From Bugula neritina (taxonomy: Eukaryota > Animalia > Bryozoa): a stretch of 64,000 bases of DNA. The stretch's first letter is position 1, and each line of letters opens with the position of its first letter. A program made the translations under genes and the position numbers. The stretch is from assembly GCA_964035545.1 (NCBI GenBank), contig OZ037766.1:5384722-5448721 (forward strand). Reading direction: 5' to 3'. The notes below the pieces were generated by a model. It had not been told where the DNA came from, did not search any database, and saw nothing but the letters and a program-made list of their open reading frames with translations. Below, in pieces: positions 14,601 through 27,158 of this stretch.

Positions 14601-17600
14601 GAAAATAATTATTTTGTGATTTACAGCAAGTTACAAACTAGCGAAATGGAATAGTCCATTTGAAAACAGTTAAATTAGTTACCTTTCTTGATGTTGCGTA
14701 GCTAACGTTAGTTATTAGTAGCCGCCCGAAGAGTAACATTCATGTGATTTGAGCTACGAATAACGAGAATCTGTGACAAACCCGCTTCTTAATAACTTTA
14801 CGCGATATAAACTCACGCTACAATTGGGCTATTTTGCCATCCCCACGTCACGGAGGGCACGCTCGCGGGCAAGTCTGGGCAAGTCTAAGACACCTAATAT
14901 GACCACTTTTACTTACATTTTTGTAGTGTTTTCGTATAAGAAATTGGGTAAAATGCTGCTAAAACAGTTGAAAAGCATGCAAACTTTTGCTCAAATGTAA
15001 TAAATAACCTGGAAGCTTACCGCCTTTAAGGGTTATTTCGCAATGACTGGAAGTAGATAGTATTGCAAGCCACCATAAAAACAAGCAAAGAAAATCCAGC
15101 CTCTGAAAAGTTTATACAGCCTAGTAGCAAATAACAAGGCATTTCAACAGTAGGTACACCAGAAATGGGCGGGAGTTTAAGAATGACCTTGGCCTCTAAA
15201 GCACCGCCTGCTCACCTTCAGCATCGGTGTTACCAACTCGAACTCTGCAGCCAGCTCGGGATGTAATGATCTCATCAGACACGTAGCACTGAGACCCGAC
15301 ACTGTTTCTCACCATAGCCATAGCTCCCTGCACTCTTATACCCTTGGGCCTCAGCTTATCCAACATCTACACAACACAGTAGATGATCATTACCAGCCAC
15401 ATGTGTTGAGAGACAAAACATGGAATCAATTTTACAGCTCATGCTTCTAATCAGATCACCACACATTGTTTGCAAGATTTACAGATATTTCAAGGTCATT
15501 CTCGATAATCATTTGCAGACTATTGCTTTTGTCACCTGCTTTAGCTATGCAAAACTGCACTTTACATTTTGTATTTTGTATACTTTTGGTTTTTCAAACA
15601 TTCACACCTGGGAAAAATAATCTATCTACTAGAGTATAGATGTTCAGAAGAATTATCACTGTGTTGTTATAACTTCACACTATTCGAATGGGTCTTTTAT
15701 TATATGTTTGGAAACAGTTGCATCAAATGAAAGATCAACCATAAGTTTATAGAAACCGCAACCACAAATTCATCCTACGAGCACCTATACGAGCACCCAT
15801 ACGGATTCCTTCCAAACAATGGAAATGCAGTGTATATCAACTATATCTAAACTAAGATGCTGACCCTGAAGAAACCAGCGACAGAGGCAGCGCCACACTT
15901 GTCTCTGTGCATGCCAGCCATGACACCACCGGCCTTGATGTCAGCACCACCTGTGTCATAGCAGATACCTTTACCAACCAGCAGAAGAGTCTTATCAATG
16001 GTACCCTCTCCCTGATAGGTCAGCCAGATGACACGGCCTTGATGTCTGGGTATATCTACATTGAAAGCAGATAAGTAGTGAGTACACATGTGTCAAAATA
16101 TCACTGTGCTGTACAGATAAATATAGTAACATGATATGATGAAGAGATACAGAGCAAAATTTTGCTTCAACTTCAGATAACATCATGTTTGAATTACTCG
16201 GCGTTTAATAGCAGGATATGCCACGTATAGCAGCACTAAATCAGAGTAAATAAATAGGAGCATGCAAGATAAAGGTGGGTGAAAGTCATACTTAGAAAAT
16301 AAAATACCATCATTGACTCATAATATCAAGAATGAGGCAAAAAACTAATAAAATGTTTTAGTCACAAATACACTGAAAATGGAGTGTGTATAGGTAAATA
16401 TTAGTAGCATCTTTTAAATAATCTTCTACCATCAGAACATGATTTTCTGGTGTTTGTACCTGCATACCATGTTTGTCAAGTAAATCTCAAGTTTTCTACT
16501 GGCATAATAAACAGCAAGATGGCAAAAAAACTTTAAACAAATTGAATGACAAAAACATAACAAAAATCTTTCAACTTTTTTCAATAACTAAAATAAACTC
16601 AAAACTATGAGTATTAAACAAAGCTAGACTGAAAAGTCCCGATTGTGTTCAGAAAAAACTAAGAATTATTCAATAATGAACTTAGTAGCAATAGCTGGTT
16701 GTTCTCTCAACTACGTAAAAGCAGGAACCTTTGCAAGCTCTGTTGACGGCTGCCAGTAGGGGGTACTCAGCTTCAAACGTGGAATGTCCTTGAGTAATGG
16801 TCACGGTGACAGCTGAGTCAGCATTAGAAAACAACGACTCCACGTACTCTGCAACCCTCGGGGGAGCCATCCTCTCTGGATCCGACCCTCCAATGTCTCG
16901 AGATGCATACCTACCAGAGTAACACACTCGCATATAGTTACTGCAACTTATTCAACCCTGGTGAGATAGCACAAAGTGCATTTAACTCAAACAATAGAGG
17001 ATATAATACCACACGCTGCGAATATAAATAGCTGTAGTGCATGTGAAGAATTTTAAGCTGTTGATGTTTAATGAACAAGAAATAATGACCCTATTTAGAT
17101 TAGAATTGAACTAAACAAATTGCACTTCAGTTAAAAACAAGTATGTCAGTCATATTTCTAACAGCGATCGTTTCATTTTAAAGCAAACATGTTTTGAAAA
17201 CTATTAAGCATACAGAAATGCACTCAACAAATATTAATCATATTAATGTCAACATATTATTGAATGCGGTTTTTAAATAGAATTTAGCTTCAGCATAATC
17301 AATATGGGTGTATATAGCAAGTGGCAACAAGAAAGCACTTTTAAAAAATCAACAAAACCATATCAATAACAAGTTTCCCACACAGAGAGTGCGCATGTGA
17401 ATAAACACCCAGCTAATCTCATTAACCCAGTTCTTTGCTAAAGTAAACAAGATGACAGTCTGCACTACATAACATCTCGTCATATGACAACCCTCATATG
17501 ATAACCGTCACATATGATAGCCCACATCTTAAAGGACATGACAGAAGTGCACCCCTGCACAACATATTTAAACACACAGCACCCAGCAACCAGCAACCAA

Positions 17601-20068
17601 TAAGGGGCAAATGAGCTTTTATCCCTCCCAGGCACCACATATTACAATAAACTGAATAAAAGCACCCACCTGCCCGCCTCCAGACCCTCCACAAGAGTGA
17701 TAAGATTAGTGGCAGCGACGCTGTCTGCGGCATACCACCAGCCTAGATCTGTGGCTTTAGTGCTGTCTGATGGCCTGGCCTCTCTGATTTCAAGTGGCTA
17801 CAAGATGAATGAAAATGCAGCAGACATGAAACAGTCACATGACCTTTTGTAGGCTGCAAAATGTGTCTGATTCATAAGAAATGATGTCATTGCAAAAACA
17901 ATAATTTATTTTGCAATACCTGTTAAGTATGTTTGGTTTACCAGAGAAACTGTAGTCACTGGTAATACACCCTGACAGAACCACAGGTCCTGGTAAACAT
18001 GCAAAACCTGGCTCATTGGGAAATGTAAAGCTTAGTGGAAAATCTAAACTTTAAAAAAAGTAAATAAGATGTTTGAACTGAAACTTAGGCACTTTTTTGT
18101 GTTAACTAGAGTTGCTGGATAACAAGGCGAGTTACTGAGATTATTAGACTGAGTTACTGAGACTATTAGACACAGTTACTGAGACTATTAGACTGAGTTA
18201 CTGAGACTATTAGACACAGTTACTGAGACTATTAGACAGAGTTACTAACAGTGTATAAAGCATGGAGAGCTCCGAGTAGGGCACATCTGTCAGCATCAAC
18301 AAACACTTCATCCGGTGGTCTCACCAGCAAAGGCTTAGTGCTTCCTGCAGCCAAAGCTCTAAAACCAAATTATGTTGATCTGATGCAACTAAAGAAAAAA
18401 TATTCCAACATCTTTATAGCACTTTAAATTTAGCATTATTTCTAAAAAAGTAATTAAAAATAGTCTGAGTTACTAAAATTCTACCTGCCATGACTTGTGT
18501 ATTAAAAAACTACTACCTTTTGATTCCAGTAACAGCAGCATCATAAATTCTTCTCACATCATCTTGGTCTCTGTTCAATGGCCCGGTAGGAGAGTAAATC
18601 TGCAGCACAATTACAGAGTACATCTACAGTCTAACAGCTTTACGATTCCATACTAGAAATGTTCAGTTTCAGTTTAGCTAAATGCATAAACAATAAAAAA
18701 ATAATTTTACAGTCACAACAATAATTGGAGGTTGTAAATGAGAATAGAATAATGCAGCAGAGCATAGCAAATACTGGAAACTCACCAGCTTACTTCCAGA
18801 CACAGCATCAGACACTATCAGTGCAACACTGGAAGAGCCACTAGGATCAACCTTAAATATAGAACAAACTCCAATGTTGGAAATTGTCTAAGTTCATGAT
18901 TATGATTTTGTAAAATCATCAACAGAATGATAAAATATGTTGCAAGAGTCATACCGATATGTAGTTATCAACAATAGTCTTCAAGTTGCTCAAAGTTCCA
19001 GTGAGCTTGTCTGTGGAGTCCGTCACCACGACAACAGAGTCATAGCTAGCATCGGCAGTGTTGGTTGTGATAGCCAACGTTGGTGGGTCGTACCTACACA
19101 GAGCTTGAATTATAAAATCACAATCTTTTTCATTTGAAGACAGGTTCTATTTATTTAATCTGGAAGTAGCACGAACTTTTGCAAAATTATTAGTATTCAA
19201 CAAAAACATCAGCAGAAAAAATATGCCGATGCAATGCAACTTATGAATTTGAGTAAAACTCAGAATACTTTAACCAAAACTAAGAAATTACAACTTTTTC
19301 AGCATCAATAAATATTAGTTCAGTGGTTAGCACCATGTGAGTTAACATATCTACAATTTATATTATGCTAATTACTGCTATCATCACAATAGTAATCAAC
19401 AACAGCACATAATGATAATGATAATTATTAAGAATAACCCAAATAGAGAAATGATTCCCAGGAATTTTCACGCAAAAACCCGATTGGTTAAAATTTCAAA
19501 AGTTGACAAGCTGGTCTCTTTCATAATTTTCAGAATACTCACAATTATAATATTAATATAACAATGAGTCTATTACCTGCAAGAAATCAGTATGAATATC
19601 ATGATTGTAAGCAATATGAATATAAATTGTGTGGTTTTAAAATGGTATCACTGTCAGTATGACTAATACTAATAGCAATAAACTAGTTTAACTGTAAGTA
19701 TTTTCAACTACTAATACTAATAGTAATACTAATACTAATAGTAATAGTAATCCAATTTTAAATTATCATAATCATAATGATAATGGTTTAAATATTAATT
19801 ATTATAATGTAATAAGGTAATGATAATCTAAATCATAATCACTCACAGTGACAGTCATTTATTCTAATTCTTGATTACAATAACAATCACAATGATAACC
19901 ATTTTAAATTTATGATAATCATATTAATAACCGACAACGATCAACTTGAACTTGAAGTTAAAGTTGCGAAACTTCAACTTAAAGTCGTTAACTCTTATCC
20001 CTACTTCAGTACTGGCTATAAATATAAAGTGATTTCATGGTTATATAAAATCATACATACATAGCCAT
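8618..20068 (-). CDS. M17-family (leucyl) metallo-aminopeptidase, W07G4.4-like invertebrate type
   Basis: Exons 20068-20061, 19093-18955, 18851-18786, 18599-18517, 18358-18250, 17797-17670, 16910-16729, 16055-15865, 15366-15216, 10142-10006, 9441-9334, 9020-8889, 8752-8618 all join in phase. Catalytic motifs LVGKGICYDTGGADIK, MHRDKCGAA, GNTDAEGRM, ATLTGH, HVDVAG intact. Confidence 0.92.
9757..9812 (+). mobile_element. Truncated tRNA-like SINE, second family
   Basis: Starts AATTACCCAGTAGTC, the same as the reverse-strand copy at 58529-58604; B-box-like GGTTTGAATCCC. Confidence 0.5.
12196..12800 (+). pseudogene. P2X7 C-terminal 'ballast'/nanor-like Cys-rich accessory gene of the transposon, disrupted
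   Basis: Two exon remnants translating, across stops and frameshifts, to EEWCK*...SECCQSC...FVTDHPG...VLEVTYNSY and WFCSYRVLIFWLFPNLHRRQRKPPSACLYN*...HFAG, matching the ballast pattern WCxC..CC..HPxF..YR..W..R.P.PsC..FP..y.G. Confidence 0.7.
12900..13520 (-). pseudogene. Kolobok-type DDE transposase remnant
   Basis: Broken frames give STNLIAYTILF(NGN)...MCLQFISY and SIQCSEVEGSNSREK, resembling the recalled Kolobok motifs GNlllsaailfSG and QSxEVxxSxxMEK. Confidence 0.5.
18130..18246. repeat. 22-bp minisatellite (~5 copies, alternating variants) adjoining an aminopeptidase splice donor
   Basis: (G/C)AGTTACTGAGACTATTAGAC(T/A) repeated; ends next to the donor at 18249. Confidence 0.9.
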
Positions 20069-20235
20069 TTTCGCCACTTGGTATGAGCTCAGAAACCGTC
20101 AACGCTAAACTTTGAAAAGGAAATGATAATAATTCAAGTGAATTTCAAATTTATAGGTTTTTCCGCTGATCATGTGACCTATGTCACGCGTACTCAAAAA
20201 ATTAAAGTGTAGTCGGATACGTTAAAATTATAGCA
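20069..20235. promoter_or_regulatory. Bidirectional promoter, aminopeptidase (-) / Kish (+)
   Basis: Locally CpG-containing island between divergent first exons; E-box-like TCATGTGAC and GTCACGCG at ~20170-20190. Confidence 0.55.
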
Positions 20236-22199
20236 ATGAGCGTAAACAAGAGTTGTTTACCCACTTACAATGTTTACAAGCAAGTTTGTAACAAACATTC
20301 GGTAATCTACTCTATATATAATAGTTGGTGTCCCAAAAGCTGTTATTGCGTCCGTTAATTATAAAGTTTAAGGAGTTGTTTTCCGCTTTCTTGTTTACAC
20401 GTATCAATGACAATTCCAGTAATATAATAATAGTTATTATAACGCTAGTTCAAGTATAATTTAAAATTTGATAGTTAATACTGATACTAGATTAACAATA
20501 CTAACAGTAACAGTAACACTGATTCTATTACTTGGTATGAGTATGTGTAGCACTAACTATGAGTTCTAAGTCTAATAGTAGTATCAATATGAATTAATGT
20601 ATAAAATTAAATATTAATTAATTTAAATTAAGTTATAAATAATAAAATATTATTACTATTACAGTTACTATTACTATTAGTATTACTGAGTATTAGTATT
20701 ACTATTAGTGTATTACTATTACTATTAGCATTAGTGAGTATTAGTATTACTATAAATAGTACTATTAATAATTTAAATAATATGTTTAATATTATTAATA
20801 TTAAATTAAAATTGATTACTATACTTATACTTATAACTATAAGTATAAGTATAGACAATCATCAAATTTAATTACATCATATTGATATTGATATTCATTG
20901 TCACAATCAGAGTGAGAGTGGATCACTATCAGTATTGCCACCAGTATGACATACTGATACTCATACTCATACTGATAACTTAAACTATGGAATATTGTTT
21001 AATCTAATGTTTCATAGTTTAAATTATACTAATACTTATGCTTATAGTTATACACCTAATCTTATGCCTTTAGACTTTAGAGTTAGAATATAGACTATAG
21101 ACTAAGACTATACTTATACTTATAGACTATCACTACAAGCTTAGAGTTAGAGTATAATATGAGTATTACATTGACTATTTTTATTTTAAGTCTTACTCAC
21201 ATAATATTAGTTATACTTATAGTTATAGTATTAGTTGTTTGAATTTAATTTTATTCGTTGTAATTGTGATGCTGATTGTCATACTTATTATGATTATTTG
21301 CAATTTGCAATATAAATTACAAATCAGCAATCTGAATTAAATTTCATGTCACTTATCACTTTTCACATTATTTCTGCCAATAAGATGATATGTTCTCTAA
21401 GTAATAAGTCATAACTTTTTCACCAAGTTTTCTAATAATTAATGGTTATTTAAATTTTTAAAATCATCTTAGTATTGCACTAATATAATTTATTTAATGC
21501 TAATATTACACCAAGTAGTTATTTACTAAAAGTGCCAAACAGAAAGAGCTATATTTTAATTGGTTACCAGTAAAAATACATTTTATAAATTGCTGTTGCA
21601 ATAGAATGTTGGTGATACCAATTAACACCAACGGTATCAATGAGATCTGATGCATTAATTGTAATTATGATACAACTCTAGACATTAGAAGTTTTTGTTA
21701 TATTTTGCTCATTTCTATTTTTATAATTATATATCTGTTTTTGCATTGTAGTTGACTTATGAGGTGAAAGTAACTCAGGGCTTGGAGTCTGTCAATTCCA
21801 GTTTTTTTAGTAAAACTCATTGTAAGTACCACGAAATAAAGAAATGTACTATTACAAGTAGACAGTATTATTTTACCGAAGTTTATTGGTTGGCTGATAT
21901 TAAGGAAGCTAGTGGCTTCATGGATATGGGGCTTGGTTAGCAGACAAATGTTACAGCCTGAAATCAACGTGATATGTTTAAATGGACCTCAGTCTAAAAG
22001 TTTGGATGAACAATCTTTTTTCAAGAAATTTTACAACAATTATATTTTCGATGGTTGAAATATAATAGTTATTATCAACATTAGCACCAGTCCCATTGAA
22101 ATTTAGTGTTGATGTAGTTTAATTCATTTAGACCGCTATACCCATATTTTCTCTTTTACAGAGCAAGCTTACGTAACTTGTTACAAAAAAATTAGTGGC

Positions 22200-23073
22200 A
22201 TGGTAAGTCACAACTGCATTATTTCTCATCTAAAGTAGCATGTTTTTTTCTAATTTGAGTTTCTTGCATTATAAAAGGTAATACATGGTACACATCCTAA
22301 TAGAGAGGTGAGAATGCAGAAGTAATAGAAATAAATATCAGAGATAAAATTGTTTTTACAGTCTGCGTTGTTCAACTTCCAAAGCTTGTTATCAGTGGTG
22401 CTGCTGTTGATCTGTACCTGTGCCTATATTAGATCTATCTTTCCCAGCATTATTGACAAGCATAAAGAAGGGTAAGCATTCACTTTCTTCTTATATAAAC
22501 TAAAATAGAAATATTTTGCATTTTATTGTATATTGAGTTATTAGTTTTGTTTTTCAATTTTGTGATATAAGATTAAGGGTTGCCAGCTTACCTGCCTTCA
22601 TAACCCGCTGACCACCTTATCCAGAAATTTAGGCTCTGTAGCTTTACAATATCAGTGTAATATAAAACCAAAAAGAATATATGTGTTCCATATATTAATT
22701 ACCTGTTTTGTGGCTACAAGTTGCAGCGAATATGGTGGCTCAAAGGCGGGACAGCCATAATCTCCTGCTTCAGCAGGTTGAATAAAAAAACTCGGTGAAC
22801 ATAATATAACCATTGTAATATGGTACTGGAGCAGGCAAACATCTACAAGTATTTATTCCATTGCATATTGTCAGATGTTACTAATTATAGATATTTTGCA
22901 TAATTATTAATTACCCTTAATGTGTCTATAGTAATAATTTTCATTATAGGTTTTTGTTGTCTTGTAGGTTGCTGGGAATATTTTGGAAGTGTGCTAGAAT
23001 TGGTGAAAGGAAGAGCCCGTGGGTTGGGTTCTGTTGTATAGCAATGGCATTCAGTATTTTATTTTTGACATAA
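22200..23073 (+). CDS. TMEM167A: Protein kish-A (72-aa core)
   Basis: ATG|GTAAGT at 22200-22202, exons 22362-22471 and 22968-23073 give [72 protein letters not shown]. Confidence 0.95.
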
Positions 23074-23877
23074 ATAAATTATTTCATTACTTTATTCTAT
23101 AAATTGTCTATGTAATTACCCTCTTAAGTCTAAGCCTACATCATTTTTCCATCAAAGCAAGTTTTATCACAAGTATTGCATTATATCAAGTACCAACATA
23201 AATTTATGTTTTCATCATTTACAACTCTAGGAGTTGTTTTACTTACAATGATGGTAAGGCAACCCACATTGTGAAGCTTTATTTAATGGAGCATGGAAAC
23301 TGAACAAGTATAACACAATGTACAAGCAGTCCAGACTCCAGGGAATTTGAAGCTTGCATTCTGTTTTTACCAGTTTGCAAAATTTTTCCACAGTAATACT
23401 TATATGGTAATGGAGTGTCCCACTTATTTTATTTCAACAGTTGCCAGTAAAAAAACTGCCTGCTGCTGCAGTATTTCTATTGGTTTACATAATAGTTCTT
23501 GGAAGGCTTCAAGAGTTTTTCACATACCATCATTTCCAACAAATTCCCAACTTGTTTTGTGGTAAAATAGTATAAATTTACAATTATAATTTGCTGTGTT
23601 ATCTATGTTTCTATATCACTTCAAGCTATTTCTTGTAAATATTACATGATATATTTAAGGTATAAATCTATACAGAAAAATGCTTGTGTAGACATTTCAA
23701 GTAAGTTGACAATAATAAAATGAAAATGGTTCTCATATAATGAAAAAAGTTGTGCATTACTAAAATGTATAGTTTCTAAATTTAACATAAAATGAGAAGT
23801 GTACACATTGGACATAAGATCATAAATGCACAGTAAGAAACTGAATATGCTGCTACATCAAAAATAAATTGTGAGGA

Positions 23878-26828
23878 TCAATCTTCCTCCATTTTGGGAG
23901 CCAAGTAGTATCTGATGTGTCCAAGACCATCTCCAATCTTATACTCCACAACTACAATATTGAATGTGGGAGATAAATCCAATGAATATTCAATATCTGC
24001 ACAGCTGCTGCTATGAGTCAAGATGTATCTATTTCCTCAACAGTGAGACATGGATTTATACCTAGCAACGCATTACACCACTAATCCAGCAATAAAGGAG
24101 GGCTACATCTTTCTAAAATTATTTACTCTAAGATTAACGTAAAAAAACTGATTATCAGCCTATGAATTAAAATTAACTCAAGTGACACAGAGACCTGCAA
24201 ATCCTCACAGAATATAATTATGGTTAATTTGTGCACCTTGTTCTCATTAATATTTTAAAACTGAAGCATTCACTATTGTTTTTGTTTTCAAAAATATTAT
24301 TCCGATAGACTGCACCCAGCTGCTTAGAATAACTTAAAAAACTAGTTTTAGAGAGACAATAACTGCAAAATTGAACAACTTGCTAGTTAAATGCTTTACA
24401 AAAGATTTTTTTAACAACTTCAAATGACTAAAAATGGTTGCCTCCACTACATTAGACTAAATGCTACAACCTACATACATACACACAATAAAAACTGAGC
24501 GCGTCCTAATTTCTGTTTTCACATTTGAATTTTAAAATACAGTTCCATTACTATTTCTTGTATAACTACAGCAGTTTCACAACTGACCTAGGGGTGTGTC
24601 ATTGGATAGTGAAAGAGTGACTCTCTCGGACAAGGGTGCTGCTTTTGTAAAATGGTTGAGGTACTTGACAGCGAATGTGAGAGTGCAAGGGTCATTCAGG
24701 TCAATGGACACATCATTTCCATCATCACCAGCTCCGGTCTGTGAGAACTTCATGCTTGCTAAAAACAGAATACATTTACATGATTAATTCACAGCGGTGT
24801 CATTGTCATATAATCTGCAAGGAGATTTTCAGTTTCAAGCTTGAAGTTTTAGCAGCCGAACAGGGGCTATTGCACCCATTCACCAATGACTCTTATTCGA
24901 ATCAACTACAGCGGCCCTTCATGATAAAAAACTCATCAAACAATTAGTCAAATCAAGGAGTCAAGCTAATAGGAATTGAACTTGCACACATACCATTGCT
25001 ACTGTCGCCTTTCACTGAAAATTTCAACCCATCTTTGGTCACGCAAATAGTGACAGATTCGCCAAAGTTACTCAAATCTCGGCACACTCTGGAAAACTCG
25101 CTGGAAGGCATTTTCACAATTGCGCTGTATTCAGTTTCTGGGATACCAACTTGTTCAATGTCGATGTCTGTCAGTTTCATGGCAAATTCCGACATTCTGT
25201 AAACATGCAGCAAATCAGCACATCATTTAAATTCTACCACATCATGAAAAGTTGTCTCCTCTCAGAAATAATCATGGTAAGAGTTTTAGATTAAGAAAAT
25301 TTTAGCATCTACAGTAAAAAGTGTTTTAACACAACGCATTCTAATGGGTGTATAATTGAATCTCACATTTAATTATGATATTGCAGCATGAATATTACTA
25401 AACTTAGTTGTAAACTCAGAAATACTGATAATTTGAGCACTAGTGTCAGAAAACTGAATGCAATCCCATAATTAGTATCGAATATTTTGAAAACAAATAC
25501 TAAAATACAGATATCAAAACCTTACTAAATACTAGTGTAGTACTGAGAGATGGCGTGAAGACAAAGTGCCGATTTTCAAAAAATTGCTTTTTAAAATATA
25601 TAATTAGATTTCAATTGCCATCAGATTGCCTTGGTTTAGATTACCTAAACTGATGAATTACAACTACTGTAAAGAAAATGTATATACTCATTTGTAAGTC
25701 CAAAGTATTGAAAAAATTGAAAATTACTGCATGTGTTTTTATCTAAAACCAAGCTGTACACATTTGGGTCGTGTAAACTTTCTAGCACTAAGTTTCATAC
25801 TAGTCATATAAGCTTTTGCAAGAATTTCAGAGGAAAAAAGAAATTAGCAAATGTTAAAATGCTAGTATTGGTTATTCACAAAGCTGGTAATTCATTTTGA
25901 AAAACCTTTAAATCAAATTTTTAGAATGTTCATCAACAATTTGTTTAATTTTGAAGTTGTGCTACACTCTTACTCACCTGTCACCATTGGGAGATTCAAA
26001 AACCATATTCAGTACATCGCCATCATCTTCTGCTTTTAGTGTCATGACATCATTGTTAGCTGAACATTTGAGAATCTTTCCCATTCTGTAACACAAAATA
26101 TTAACAACTCTATTGAAGAAAGATCCAAAACTCAACAAAACCAAAAATTAGTTGGTTGTCCAGCAGTAGCCAGGGTTCTGCAATAGCCAAATGATTTACA
26201 CAAATTCCTTTATATTAAATTTAATACTTACTTTTAGGTTAATTATTAAATTTAAATTTAATATAATGATAATGTTGATGGGTTATTAAAGTGAATTACT
26301 ATTAGTATTAGTACTACTATTAGATTTAGTGATCCTTATGATTTAGGGGGTTCTAGTACTAGTAGTAGTAATAAAACCAAGTGAGCTACAAATTAACGCT
26401 ATTCTTAATAGAAAAAATTAATACTAATAGTTAAACTTAAACTAAAGTCAAACTTGATGAATCTTTGCCATCATGATTGTAATTGAATTTGATAAAATAA
26501 CATCAAGTTTTAGTTTAACTCTAAGTACAAGTAAAAGATTGAATAACAAACTTACAAAGTGAAACTGAGACTAAGAGGTTTAGAATGAGTTGAAGTTGGG
26601 AACTTACTGTTTACATTGAATACCCAAAGATAAGTTGCGGTCACATCTAAAAGGATCAAATGCTTCATTTCTTAAGCACATTGCTACTAGGGCAACGTGG
26701 GAGGAATCCATAGCTTGTAAGCTTATTCCTTTTGAAGAAATGTCAAACGATCCATCGTCTATCAGGGTTGTGATTGCATCCATCAACCTTTTCATAACAG
26801 TAGTATCACTCATTCGTGCCTCAAACAT
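23878..26828 (-). CDS. PCNA: Proliferating cell nuclear antigen (divergent)
   Basis: Exons 26828-26608, 26085-25978, 25196-24994, 24758-24588, 23951-23878. [65 protein letters not shown]. Confidence 0.97.
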
Positions 26829-26939
26829 TTTTGTAGTATTATGTATGTTTAAAGACAAAAAATAAAGCTAAAATAGTTTTTTATTTGTAAGAAATAAAAA
26901 CCGTGTGCAAAGAATTCGGAAAACAAAGCTACTGGAGCT

Positions 26940-27075
26940 GCTAGTAAAGTGCGTGATATTCCCGGGAGCGGGAACTGAATGTTTTTCTTATTGGTCAGCA
27001 AGATATCGCTTTATTGGCTGACTATGCGTATTACTACATTTAAACCGCATGCGCGTTGTCAACAGCAACGTTACA
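26940..27075. promoter_or_regulatory. Bidirectional promoter PCNA/DNAI1 with E2F-like site, two CCAAT boxes, NRF1-like site and RFX X-box
   Basis: GCGGGAA 26968-26974; ATTGG at 26990 and 27013; CGCATGCGC 27046-27054; GTTGTCAACAGCAAC 27055-27069. Start codons are 330 bp apart. Confidence 0.7.
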
Positions 27076-27158
27076 TGCTCTTATAGAAACTTGAAGAATA
27101 AAGTATAGTTTAAGCAATTTCAATTTGTCATATATCATTATATGTCAAGCTTTGCAAA

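Larger units (their letters stand above)
10239..15025. mobile_element. Decayed Kolobok-like DNA transposon (~4.8 kb) filling the largest aminopeptidase intron
   Basis: TTAA on both flanks (10235-10238, 15026-15029). Ungapped imperfect TIRs ACATCGTAGGCATCCAGGTTATTT vs revcomp AGGCGGTAAGCTTCCAGGTTATTT (18/24). Two convergent broken coding remnants inside. Confidence 0.7.

Noticed and set aside
20628-20858. Ile/Leu-rich 76-aa 'membrane' ORF
   Set aside because: Translation of the AT-rich hexamer tract.
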